Source: Spirochaetota bacterium
GTDB taxonomy: Bacteria > Spirochaetota > UBA4802 > UBA5550
Direction: 5' to 3'
DNA length: 64,000 nt
NCBI GenBank assembly: GCA_040768125.1
Contig: JAXGNG010000001.1
Coordinates: 1,095,318-1,159,317, forward strand
The notes under the pieces are model-generated. The model saw only the letters and a list, made by a program, of their open reading frames with translations, was not told the origin of the DNA and searched no databases. Of the stretch, positions 37,699-47,144 are shown piece after piece (the stretch's first letter is position 1; each line of letters starts with the position of its first letter). A program made the translations under genes and the position numbers.

Positions 37699-37850
37699 GC
37701 CATTATGGATATAGTTCAGTATATTGTGATAGACAGCAATCCCTTGGTTCGTGCGCACAAAGGAGACACGCTGTTCGATCCAACCGGAAGATCGGGCGGA
37801 GGTGGGCATGGCAATCATTCGGAAAAAAAATGATAGAATGGAGGTAGTTC

Positions 37851-39038
37851 ATGGCAGTAACGATCAGAAAAAACATCACCTGGGTGGGGAAAACCGACTG
37901 GGAACTCCGCAAGTTCCACGGAGACGAATACTCGACGCACCGGGGAACGACCTATAACTCCTACCTCGTGAGGGAGGAGAAGACTGCCCTTATCGACACG
38001 GTATGGGCCCCCTACGCGGAGGAATACGTGGCGGCCCTGGAGAAGGAGATCGACCTGAAAAAAATCGACTTCGTCATCGCGAACCATGGCGAGATAGACC
38101 ACAGCGGGGCGCTTCCCCTCCTTCTGGAGAAGATTCCGGACACCCCGGTCTACTGCACGGCCAACGGGGTGAAGTCCCTGAAGGGACAGTACCACCGTGA
38201 CTGGAACTTCAAAACCGTAAAGACCGGCGACCGCCTGAGCCTCGGCAAGAAGGAACTCGTCTTTGTCGAGGCCCCGATGCTCCACTGGCCCGACAGCATG
38301 ATGTGCTACCTGACGGGGGACGCCGTGCTCTTCAGCAACGACGCCTTCGGCCAGCACTACGCCACGAGCGGGCTTTTTAACGACCGGGCGGACCGTAACG
38401 AACTCTACGAGGAGTGCCTGAAGTACTACGCCAACATTCTGGCCCCCTTCAGCCCCCTGGTGACGAAGAAGATCAAGGAGTTTCTCTCGCTGGAGCTTCC
38501 CCTGGAGATGATCTGCACGAGCCACGGCGTCATCTGGCGGGACGACCCCGCGCAGATCGTGAAGAAGTACCTTGAGTGGGCCGACGATTATCAAGAGCAC
38601 CAGGTCACCCTCGTCTACGACACGATGTGGCAGGGCACCCGCGACATGGCCGAGGCGATCGCCGCGGGGATACGGGAGAAGGACCCGACGCTGAACGTGA
38701 AGCTCTACAACGCCGCCATCACGGACAAGAACGACATCATCACCGAGGTCTTCAAGTCGAAGGCGGTCGGGGTCGGCTCCCCCACGATCAACCAGGGGAT
38801 CCTGAGTTCCATCGCCGCGTTCCTCGAGGAGGTCCGGGGGCTCAAGCTAAAGAACAAGAAGGCTTTCGCCTTCGGCTGCTACGGCTGGAGCGGCGAGTCG
38901 ACGCGGCTCCTTGCGGAGGGGCTGAAGCACGGGGGCTTCGAGGTCATCGGCGACGGGCTGCGGGCCCTCTGGAAGCCCGATGGCGACGCGGTGAAGGCCT
39001 GCGTGGAGTACGGGAGGACGATCGGCGGCTCGGTTTGA
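37851..39038 (+). CDS. Class-A flavodiiron protein (rubredoxin:oxygen/NO oxidoreductase; metallo-beta-lactamase + flavodoxin domains)
   Basis: NITWVGKTDWELRKFHGDEY...GTTYNSYLV N-terminus and di-iron ligand motif ANHGEIDHSGA (H-x-E-x-D-H); C-terminal flavodoxin domain. GGAGG RBS. Confidence 0.9.
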   Translation: MAVTIRKNITWVGKTDWELRKFHGDEYSTHRGTTYNSYLVREEKTALIDTVWAPYAEEYVAALEKEIDLKKIDFVIANHGEIDHSGALPLLLEKIPDTPVYCTANGVKSLKGQYHRDWNFKTVKTGDRLSLGKKELVFVEAPMLHWPDSMMCYLTGDAVLFSNDAFGQHYATSGLFNDRADRNELYEECLKYYANILAPFSPLVTKKIKEFLSLELPLEMICTSHGVIWRDDPAQIVKKYLEWADDYQEHQVTLVYDTMWQGTRDMAEAIAAGIREKDPTLNVKLYNAAITDKNDIITEVFKSKAVGVGSPTINQGILSSIAAFLEEVRGLKLKNKKAFAFGCYGWSGESTRLLAEGLKHGGFEVIGDGLRALWKPDGDAVKACVEYGRTIGGSV

Positions 39039-39079
39039 CGGGGCTGTGGGCGGGGTTGAAGGCGGGGTCGCAGGCGGGG

Positions 39080-39763
39080 TCAGGTGACCCCGCTTTCATC
39101 ATCTCCACATGCTTCACAGGAACAGGAGATCGATCCGCGCCGCGCCTTTTCCAGGGCCTCGCGTCCCTCGCGGAAGGCGAACCAGGCGACGCCAAGGGCC
39201 CCGGCGATGTCGATATAGCCGATCCTGAACAGCTCGTAGAGCCCGCTTGAAGCGAGGAGTATGAACGAGAGGTAGAAGCAGGTCTTCGTGCAGCGCGCGT
39301 CCGCGATTATCGGGGCGGAGTCGAGACGTCTTCCCACCTTCATCTTCCCGGCGTACAGTGCCCACATGGTGGTGATCGATATCATCGATATCACGACGCC
39401 CGGAAGCGTGGTATCGGGCTCGATACGGTATATCGCGCTCAGGATCGACCCCGCGACCAGGCCCGCCGTGAGGATGAAGAAGCCCGCGGCGGTGATTCGC
39501 AGGGCATGGCGCTCGAAGCGGTCGCGCTCGGCCACGGAAGAACGCCGCATCCTCCATGCCATGTGGCCTACCCCCACGCCGGATATCACCTCCACAAAGC
39601 TGTCCACGCCGAATCCGAAAAGCGCCAGGGTGTCGTCGCTGACGCCGAAGAAGGTCGACACCGCTCCCTCGGCGATGTTGTAGAGGATGGTGATGAGGCT
39701 CAGGATGAATGCCACGCGCAGCAGACGGTCTGTATCAACAGGTGTGAGTGAAGTGTTCATCAA
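39080..39763 (-). CDS. 6-TM membrane protein, cation-diffusion-facilitator-like TM core, with C-terminal Cys-rich tail
   Basis: TM1-2 pattern ILYNIAEGAVSTFFGVSDDTLALFGFGVDSFVEV resembles CDF (LxxSxxLLADAxHxxxD). No cytoplasmic CTD; tail SCSCEACGDDESG. Assignment is tentative. Confidence 0.45.
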   Translation of the reverse strand: MMNTSLTPVDTDRLLRVAFILSLITILYNIAEGAVSTFFGVSDDTLALFGFGVDSFVEVISGVGVGHMAWRMRRSSVAERDRFERHALRITAAGFFILTAGLVAGSILSAIYRIEPDTTLPGVVISMISITTMWALYAGKMKVGRRLDSAPIIADARCTKTCFYLSFILLASSGLYELFRIGYIDIAGALGVAWFAFREGREALEKARRGSISCSCEACGDDESGVT

Positions 39764-39790
39764 GACCTCCAGTTCGTATCGTATACATCT

Positions 39791-40354
39791 TTATCGCATG
39801 TGCTCGATGACGATCTTGATCCCTATGGCAATGAGCATGACGCCGCCCAGGGCGCCGGCGCGCTTCCCGAGGAGCGGCCCCGCCTTCGTGCCGATGGCCA
39901 CGCCGAGTATCGAGAAGAGGGCGCAGACCACGCCGATGATCACGCTGGGGAGAAGGATCGGCCGGCCCAGTACGCCGATGGAGATTCCAACGGCAAGGGC
40001 GTCGATGCTGGTGGCCACGGCGAGGACCAGGAGGGACCATCCACGCGTGGGGTCCGGGCCGGGGCCGCAGGAGGGATCATCCGCCGAGAGCGCGTCACGT
40101 ATCATCTTTATGCCGATGAAGACAAGGAGTCCGAAGGCGATCCAGTGGTCAAAGGCCCCGATATGGCCTTCGAGCAGGGAGCCGCCGAAATAGCCGATGA
40201 CGGGCATCATGAACTGGAAGAGGCCGAAGTGGAAGGCGAGGCGGAAATAGTGCCGCGGCCCCGGCCTGGGAATCGTAATGCCGCAGGATATCGACACGGA
40301 AAAGGCGTCCATGGCCAGGGCGACGGCAACGATGATGATCGACAGTATATCCAT
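39791..40354 (-). CDS. mntP: Manganese efflux pump MntP (DUF204)
   Basis: ILSIIIVAVALAMDAFSVSISCGI... and the repeated half LVLAVATSIDALAVGISIG are typical of MntP. Track start 40399; ATG 40354 is more likely. Confidence 0.85.
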   Translation of the reverse strand: MDILSIIIVAVALAMDAFSVSISCGITIPRPGPRHYFRLAFHFGLFQFMMPVIGYFGGSLLEGHIGAFDHWIAFGLLVFIGIKMIRDALSADDPSCGPGPDPTRGWSLLVLAVATSIDALAVGISIGVLGRPILLPSVIIGVVCALFSILGVAIGTKAGPLLGKRAGALGGVMLIAIGIKIVIEHMR

Positions 40355-40729
40355 TTTTCCAAAGGGGTCGCGGAGATCGCGTCCCCGTAGTACATCCATG
40401 AGGAGCCCCTTCGTGTCAATATAATTACATCATCGCGCCGTAGGGCCGTCATCACCGCAGAAAGCCCCCTCGCGCGCGCCGGGCAAAATATTTGCCGCGC
40501 ACTTAAAATAAGTATTGATTTTTAGAATTTCCTTCCCCAAGGTGCCGTTAAGTGATTAAACATATACAGAGACAGAGACTGGAGGAATGCCGGATATGAT
40601 GAATGCCCTCGCGACGTCTTCTGTCTTTCCAATAGCGGACATCTGAAACCGCACGCCCGTTTCTCCTCTTCCGGTGCGTACAGCCCGGGTTGACGGGCAC
40701 ACGACATTTTTTAAAGAAAGGACATCGCC

Positions 40730-43700
40730 ATGAAGTGGTTGGTTCGCTTATCCATCAACAGGCCCCGGACGGTCATCGCATGCATCGTCGCCATCACCGT
40801 TTTTTTCGGCATCATGCTGGCGACGCGGTTCTCGATCAATGTCGACCCGATGAAGAGCTTTTCCCGCAAGATGGACGTCATCAAGTACTACCACCTGACG
40901 CTGAAAAAGTTCTCCATGAAGGACATGATCCTCATCGGCGTCGAGAACGACAAGAAGGGAATATTCAATGTCGAGACGCTCCGCTATCTCGAGGATGTGA
41001 CCAGGCGGTTCCAGGACCTGACCGTCAGCAAGACCTATAACAATATCATCACCGGAAAGAAGGAAACCGTCGAGGTGCCGTCACAGATCGCTCCCGGGCA
41101 GATCATGAGCGTCATCAACGCCGATGACGTCATGGTGGACAGGGTGAACAACACCATCGTCGTGGGCAACCTGACCAGCAAGGCCCGGAAAAAGGCGGGC
41201 CTCCTGGATCCCGATCCCGAGAAGATGAAGAAGCTTCCCGGGAATGACGCCGACCTCGAGAAGATGATCCCCTATCTGGAGAAGGAGCTGATGGGAAACG
41301 AGCTTCTCAAGGGGACCCTCTTCTCCGCCGACGGCACCTCCTGCACGGTGATGGTGCCCGTGGAGAAGCGCCTCGACAACAAGCTCGAGATCATCCGCAG
41401 GGAAATGCCCATGATGGTGAACGCCGACGCCCTGCGCGACCGCTTCAGCGGAAGGGACTACTATTTCAGGGGTGAGATTTACGGCAAGACCGTTGACGGG
41501 ACCACCGTCGACGACGCGTACATCGAGAAGCTGGTGTCCGGCAACAAGAAAAGGATACGGGCCTTTTTCCTGGACACCCTCTCCCCGATATGCCGGCACT
41601 ACGGGGATTTTTACTCCGATCTCAGGAAGAGCGAGGTCAACGGGGCGTATCTCGAGCGGGTCTTCATGATGATCGAGAAGGACGAGATCTACGAGCGATC
41701 CGACGTGAATCTCACCTACCAGGACCTCATTGACGACATCTACGCCTTCGTGATCGGTCACATGGACCGCTTCAGCAGGAACAACCTTGAATCCAAGCTC
41801 TACAACGTGGCCAACATTTACGACGTGGGATACCTCTACAAGCTCTTCATCGACATCTCGGAGAAGAACAAGCCCCCGGACCTGACCATCTACATCGCGG
41901 GGAGGCCCATCGCCGAGGCCCTCCTCGAGGAGTTCGTGGTCAACGACATGTCGATCTTCATGACCATCACCACCCTGGTAATACTCCTGATACTGTTCCT
42001 CAGCATTCGGACCACCACGGGGATGTTCCTTCCCCTGGCGACGGTGATCATCAGCATCACCTGCCTCATGGGGGGTATGCTGATGGCGGGAATCGAGTTT
42101 TCCTCCGGCACCATCGCCATGCCGAGCATCCTCATCGCCGTGGGCAGCTCCTACGTTATCCACTACCTGATACGATACTACGAAAAGGCCGCGGCGGCGG
42201 GGGGTAAAACCGTCAAGGAGGCCCTCCTCGAGACCACGGACAGCATCGACGTGGCGATCAACCTCTCGGCGGTCACCACGATCACCGCCTTCCTCTCGGT
42301 CATCACCATCGACGTTATCGACATCCAGAGGCTCGGCCTCCTGGTCTCCCTGGGCATCGTGATCAACCTGATCCTTACCTACACCTTCATCCCGGCGGTG
42401 CTATCGCTCCTTCCCATGCCCGAGGGGATCAAGGAGACGAAGCTGGAAAAAATGATGATGAAGGTGCTGGTGAAGGGCGGGGAGAACACCGCGCGCCATT
42501 CCCGCGCGGTCTTTTTCGGCGCCCTGGCCGTGGCGGGGGTCTTCTTCGTGGGGCTCTTCTTCCTGAAAACCGAGAGCAGCATCACCTTCATGTTCCTCGA
42601 GAGCAATCCGATCCTCAAGGCGGACCGGTTCATCAACCGGGAGCTCACCGGCACGGGGCAGATGTGCATCGTCTTCAAGATGAGGGACGAGGTCGATCTC
42701 TCGAGCCCCCAGGCGAGGGGGGACCTTGCGCGGAGGATCGACTCCTTCACGTCGGCGTACCGCCGGTACCAGAATACCAATCCCGTTCTCTCGGGAGCGC
42801 CCACCGTCGATACCTTCATCATCGAGGACCTGGAGAAAATGAAGAACGACGTCGCGGCCAACCGCGAGGCGATCAGGGAGCGGGTCGGCGTCTTCACCGA
42901 CATCATGAACGAGTATTACGAGTACCGGGAAAGCGGGAAAAACAATGCCGCGGCCGAGGCCGGCGGGGATGCGATGGATGACCTGAGCGCCATGGCCGAT
43001 GATTACGAGAAGGTGAGCGGTATCGGCGCGGCGGTAACGCCGCAGGAGGCGGGCATCAATCGCATCGTCGGCAGGATCACCACCATAACCACGGAGCGCG
43101 AGAAGGAGCGGGCAGCGGGCTTCATCAGGGCGATTCGCGATGGGAAACGTACCCCGGCGGGGAAGGAGTTCCAGGGGGCCTTTTATTATCTCTCCGACTT
43201 TTTCCACACGGATATCACCCAGCCCGTGACGCTGCGGAAGCTCGAGCTCCTCGGCAGGAAGCTGAAGGAGTTGGAGGAGCCCAGGGCGGTCATCGGCGAC
43301 GTCGAGATCGCCCCCGTGGGCAACATCATGAGCATTACCGATACCCTGAAGCTGATCTACCGGGTCTTCTACCATGACGACAACCCCGAGTTCCACAAGA
43401 TACCTGACGTCTCCGCCGACGGGATCCAGGACAGGTCCCTCACGGACCGGAGCATCATCGGCGTGTGCCTGAGCCAGTTCCAGGCTTCCCGGGAGGACGT
43501 GTTCAGGTACCTGGTGGCGGACGACTACAAGCTGATGCAGTACGTGGTTTTCATGAGGAGTGACAAGGCCGACTTCCTGAGGGAATTCGAACGGCAGTTT
43601 TACCGCATGGCCCGGGAGATATTTCCGAAGAACGACCCCTACGTCGAGCGCATCGTGATTTCCGGCCTGCCGGCGATCAACCTGCGCATGAACGAATCCA

Positions 43701-44287
43701 TCCTGGTCAATCAGATCCAGTCGGTGATACTGACCGTCTTCGTGGTGTTCCTCGCCTGCGTGTTCATCTTCCGCTCGATCATCGGGGGGATCTTCGCCGC
43801 CGTGCCGATATCATTCACGGTCATCATCACCCTGGGGGTCATGGGGTTCCTGGGATTCCCCATCAACTACAGCACGCTGATCAACGCCTCCCTGGCCATC
43901 GGGGCGGGAATCGACTACTGCATACATTTCATGGAGCGCTTCAAGTACGAGCATATCACCAAGGGGTGCGACTTCGAGGAGGCATACAGGAACACCCTCC
44001 AGACGACGGGTCTCGCCATCGTCATTTCCACCGTCACCGTCGGTCTCGGTTTCGCGGTCCTCGGCTTCTCCAGCTTCAAGATCATACGGGTTTCGGGCCT
44101 CCTGGTCACTCTCTCCATGGTCATGGCGGGGACCATGGCCCTGACGGTACTCCCCGCGATGATCAACTGGCTGAAGCCGGAATTCCTGAATAAGATGCAG
44201 CCCTTCGCCCTGGAGGAGCGCGTCAGGGAGATCGTCGAAAGGGTGTGGGAGTCCCTGAGGGGAAGGTTTGGCAGCGTGAAAAACTGA
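40730..44287 (+). CDS. MMPL/RND-superfamily exporter (COG1033-type, two 6-TM bundles with large periplasmic domains)
   Basis: 1185 aa. An N-terminal TM helix is followed by two TM bundles (res ~390-560 and ~990-1160) with SSD/MMPL-like motifs (GIDYCIHFMERF). Confidence 0.8.
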   Translation: MKWLVRLSINRPRTVIACIVAITVFFGIMLATRFSINVDPMKSFSRKMDVIKYYHLTLKKFSMKDMILIGVENDKKGIFNVETLRYLEDVTRRFQDLTVSKTYNNIITGKKETVEVPSQIAPGQIMSVINADDVMVDRVNNTIVVGNLTSKARKKAGLLDPDPEKMKKLPGNDADLEKMIPYLEKELMGNELLKGTLFSADGTSCTVMVPVEKRLDNKLEIIRREMPMMVNADALRDRFSGRDYYFRGEIYGKTVDGTTVDDAYIEKLVSGNKKRIRAFFLDTLSPICRHYGDFYSDLRKSEVNGAYLERVFMMIEKDEIYERSDVNLTYQDLIDDIYAFVIGHMDRFSRNNLESKLYNVANIYDVGYLYKLFIDISEKNKPPDLTIYIAGRPIAEALLEEFVVNDMSIFMTITTLVILLILFLSIRTTTGMFLPLATVIISITCLMGGMLMAGIEFSSGTIAMPSILIAVGSSYVIHYLIRYYEKAAAAGGKTVKEALLETTDSIDVAINLSAVTTITAFLSVITIDVIDIQRLGLLVSLGIVINLILTYTFIPAVLSLLPMPEGIKETKLEKMMMKVLVKGGENTARHSRAVFFGALAVAGVFFVGLFFLKTESSITFMFLESNPILKADRFINRELTGTGQMCIVFKMRDEVDLSSPQARGDLARRIDSFTSAYRRYQNTNPVLSGAPTVDTFIIEDLEKMKNDVAANREAIRERVGVFTDIMNEYYEYRESGKNNAAAEAGGDAMDDLSAMADDYEKVSGIGAAVTPQEAGINRIVGRITTITTEREKERAAGFIRAIRDGKRTPAGKEFQGAFYYLSDFFHTDITQPVTLRKLELLGRKLKELEEPRAVIGDVEIAPVGNIMSITDTLKLIYRVFYHDDNPEFHKIPDVSADGIQDRSLTDRSIIGVCLSQFQASREDVFRYLVADDYKLMQYVVFMRSDKADFLREFERQFYRMAREIFPKNDPYVERIVISGLPAINLRMNESILVNQIQSVILTVFVVFLACVFIFRSIIGGIFAAVPISFTVIITLGVMGFLGFPINYSTLINASLAIGAGIDYCIHFMERFKYEHITKGCDFEEAYRNTLQTTGLAIVISTVTVGLGFAVLGFSSFKIIRVSGLLVTLSMVMAGTMALTVLPAMINWLKPEFLNKMQPFALEERVREIVERVWESLRGRFGSVKN

Positions 44288-44463
44288 ACGGAGACTTTCT
44301 TCCTGTTCAAGAATCACCCCTCTCAGAGGGGGACACGTGGGGACGCGGTCCAGGCATGATCGAAAACCGGATACTCGGTTGATCCGACCCTTCGCCTCCG
44401 CCTCTCCATGCCCTGCCGGCCTTTCCGCCCCTTACCCATGTCCCGCCGATAACTGAAAAAACC

Positions 44464-44492
44464 TTGAAACGGGGGTTTTCTTTTCGTATACT
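44464..44492 (+). promoter_or_regulatory. Sigma70-like promoter candidate for the hybrid PAS kinase, giving a ~260-nt structured leader
   Basis: TTGAAA (44464-44469), 17-nt spacer, TATACT (44487-44492). Downstream lie a minimal ORF with SD (AAGGGAG...ATG GTT TAA at ~44552-44560) and a perfect 10-bp GC hairpin at 44660-44684. Confidence 0.35.
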
Positions 44493-44759
44493 GTTGGTAC
44501 GGTATATCTGCGTCGCAACACCGCTGCCTTTGCGGCAATCAAGGGAGTGAGATGGTTTAAAGTGGCCGGAATCCGGAAAAAATCCCGCCCGAACCCTTCC
44601 GCGGGAACACGCGAGGGACGGCGGGGGTCGAATCGCGGCCCGGCAGCAGACACTGCGCGGGGATCACCCGCCCGGGGTGATCCCGCCCGTCGTTCCTCTT
44701 CACCCGACATCACCTCAGAACGCCGCACCGCCGCACCGGGCCCCACGAAGTACCCGAAT

Positions 44760-47144
44760 ATGACGAAAAAAGAGCTGATTGAAGAGATACGCCTTCTCCG
44801 CGACAGGATGCGGACCGCCCCGGCGACCGCACCGGATGAATTCGGGGCGCGGGGCGGTGAACAGGGGAATGAATTCGAAGAGAAGTACCGCTGGCTGGTG
44901 GAGCGCTCGATCCAGGGCGTGAGCATCGTGCGCGGTGATCCGCCCAGGGTCGTCTTCGCCAACATGGCCCTGGCGAACATGCTCGGCTACGGCGTCGATG
45001 ATCTCTGCGCGCTGTCGCCCGAGGGTCTCCGCGGCCTGGTACATCCCGATGATCGTGAGATATTTTTCCGGCGCTACCGCGACGGGCTCGAGGGGAAGCC
45101 GGTCCCCTCGCGCTATGAATTCCGCGCAATCAGGAAGGATGGCTCAATGGGCCGGTTCGAGATCTTCGCCACGAGGATGGAGATCGGCGGCGAGACGATG
45201 ATCCAGGCCAGCTTTATCGACATCACCGAGCGCACGCGGGCCGAGGAGCAGCTCGCCCAGAGCGAGGAGAAATACCGCGCCATCATCGACAACATGGAGG
45301 AGGGATACTACGAGGTCGACCTCGCGGGGAACATCGCGCTCTTCAACCGCTCCTTCGTGACCATCCTCGGCTACGGGCCCGATGAGCTGATAGGCATGAA
45401 CAACCGGAACTTCATGGACGGGGAGAACGCGCGGGAGGTGTTCCGGGTGTTCAGCGGGGTGTTCCGGACGGGGGAACCGGTGCAGGCCTTCGACTGGGAG
45501 ATCATCAGGAAGGACGGCGGCAGGCGGATCGTCGAGGCGTCGGTATCGCTGATACGCGACGCGTCCGGTACGCCGACGGGATTTCGCGGGATCGTCAGGG
45601 ACGTGACGGAGGAGAAGACGATGGCGCGCCTTCTCGCGGAGAGCGAGCGCCGCTACCACACGGTCTACGAGGTGGCCCCCCTTGCCTTCGTCCTCTGGGA
45701 CAGGGACCGCCGCGTCACGGGATGGAACCGGCGCGCCGAGGAGATGTTCGGGTGGTCCCGCGACGAGGTGACGGGCAGGGATTTCCTGGAATTCCTCGTT
45801 CCCGATTCGGACCGGCCCGGCGTCGAGGGGGCCGTGGAGAGAATGGTGGCCGGGGCACTGCCGAGCCGGGGCATTAACCGCAACCTGACCAGGCGCGGGG
45901 AGATCATCACCTGCGAGTGGAGCAACACGGTGTTTCGCGGCAGCGCGGGGAGGGTGGAGGAGATACTCTCCCTTGCCCTTGACATCACCGAGCGCAGGAG
46001 GCTCGAGGGGGAGCTCTTCCAGTCACGCAAGATGGAATCGATCGGCAGGCTCGCCGGCGGCGTTGCCCACGACCTCAACAACATGCTGACGCCGATCATC
46101 GGCTACGCCGACATGCTGCTTCTTGACGCGCCCATGGACGAGGCCCATCTCGACGGTCTCATACAGATCAAGGAGGCGGCGGAGCGCGCCAGGGACATCA
46201 CGCACCAGCTCCTGGCCTTCAGTCGGAAGCAGGTGTTCGTGATGAAGACCGTGGACCTCGGAAGGGCGGTCACGGGCTTCAAGAAGATCCTCAGGAGGAC
46301 CATACGTGAGGATATCGAGATCGACATACGGGTCCCCGCGGAAACCTGCGCCATACGGACCGATCCCGCCCAGATAGAGCAGATTCTTCTCAACCTCGCC
46401 GTGAACGCCCAGGAGGCGATGTCGGAGGGGGGCGTGCTCACCGTCGAGATCTCCCGCGTGACGATTGACGGCGATTTCGCGAAGCGCCATCCCGACGCCT
46501 CGGCGGGGGACCACGCCCTGCTCTCGATCTCGGACACCGGCTGCGGCATGGACGGGGAAACGCTGGAACACGTATTCGAACCCTTCTTCACCACGAGGGA
46601 GGCGGGGACGGGACTCGGCCTCGCCACGGTGTACGGAATAGTGAGGCAGCACAACGGTTTCATATGGGCGAGCAGCGTTCCGGGCCGGGGATCAACCTTC
46701 CGCGTCTATCTTCCCCTGACGGATGGGGAGCCGGCGAGGGCGGATTCGACGGTTCCGCGCCGGGCGGACGTCCGCGCCGGGGAGACCATACTGGTGGTGG
46801 AGGACGAGGAGGCCGTGCGCGACCTGGCGGCGAAAATACTCACGCGCCTGGGTTACCGTACCCTCATGGCCCGGGACGGGAAGGAGGCACTGGAGATAAT
46901 CGGGCGCTACACCGGCGATATTCACTGTATCCTTACCGACGTGATCATGCCGAAGATCGACGGGGGACGTCTCTATCGCGAGGTTTCCGCCATGAGGGAC
47001 GATATCAAGGTGGTGTTCATGTCGGGATACACGCACGAGGTGATCGCCCGGCGGGGCATAATGGAGGAGGGCGTCCACTTCATCCAGAAACCCTTTACCT
47101 TTCAGACCCTGGCGGACACGATACGGGAGGTGCTGGATTCCTGA
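44760..47144 (+). CDS. Hybrid sensor histidine kinase: PAS x3 - HisKA - HATPase_c - REC
   Basis: Three PAS/PAC repeats. H-box ESIGRLAGGVAHDLNNMLTPI; N/G boxes (LAVNAQEAM, DTGCGM, GTGLGLA); C-terminal REC (ILVVEDEEAVRD...LTDVIMPKIDG...KPF). Start at ATG 44760 (MTKKELIEE); track GTG 44547 is over-extended. Confidence 0.9.
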   Translation: MTKKELIEEIRLLRDRMRTAPATAPDEFGARGGEQGNEFEEKYRWLVERSIQGVSIVRGDPPRVVFANMALANMLGYGVDDLCALSPEGLRGLVHPDDREIFFRRYRDGLEGKPVPSRYEFRAIRKDGSMGRFEIFATRMEIGGETMIQASFIDITERTRAEEQLAQSEEKYRAIIDNMEEGYYEVDLAGNIALFNRSFVTILGYGPDELIGMNNRNFMDGENAREVFRVFSGVFRTGEPVQAFDWEIIRKDGGRRIVEASVSLIRDASGTPTGFRGIVRDVTEEKTMARLLAESERRYHTVYEVAPLAFVLWDRDRRVTGWNRRAEEMFGWSRDEVTGRDFLEFLVPDSDRPGVEGAVERMVAGALPSRGINRNLTRRGEIITCEWSNTVFRGSAGRVEEILSLALDITERRRLEGELFQSRKMESIGRLAGGVAHDLNNMLTPIIGYADMLLLDAPMDEAHLDGLIQIKEAAERARDITHQLLAFSRKQVFVMKTVDLGRAVTGFKKILRRTIREDIEIDIRVPAETCAIRTDPAQIEQILLNLAVNAQEAMSEGGVLTVEISRVTIDGDFAKRHPDASAGDHALLSISDTGCGMDGETLEHVFEPFFTTREAGTGLGLATVYGIVRQHNGFIWASSVPGRGSTFRVYLPLTDGEPARADSTVPRRADVRAGETILVVEDEEAVRDLAAKILTRLGYRTLMARDGKEALEIIGRYTGDIHCILTDVIMPKIDGGRLYREVSAMRDDIKVVFMSGYTHEVIARRGIMEEGVHFIQKPFTFQTLADTIREVLDS

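Noticed and set aside
40400-40729. Expected yybP-ykoY Mn riboswitch upstream of mntP
   Set aside because: The conserved GGGGAGUAG and associated cores are not present on either strand, so the region is reported only as a palindrome-containing regulatory region.
44547-44759. N-terminal extensions given by the ORF track (this kinase and others at 48090, 26882, 9046, 8661, 4737, 20324, 51684, 59014, 19105)
   Set aside because: The track uses the most upstream ATG/GTG/TTG. The extensions are low-complexity, lack RBSs, and in this case contain a perfect hairpin. Internal starts with SD sequences and family alignments fit better.
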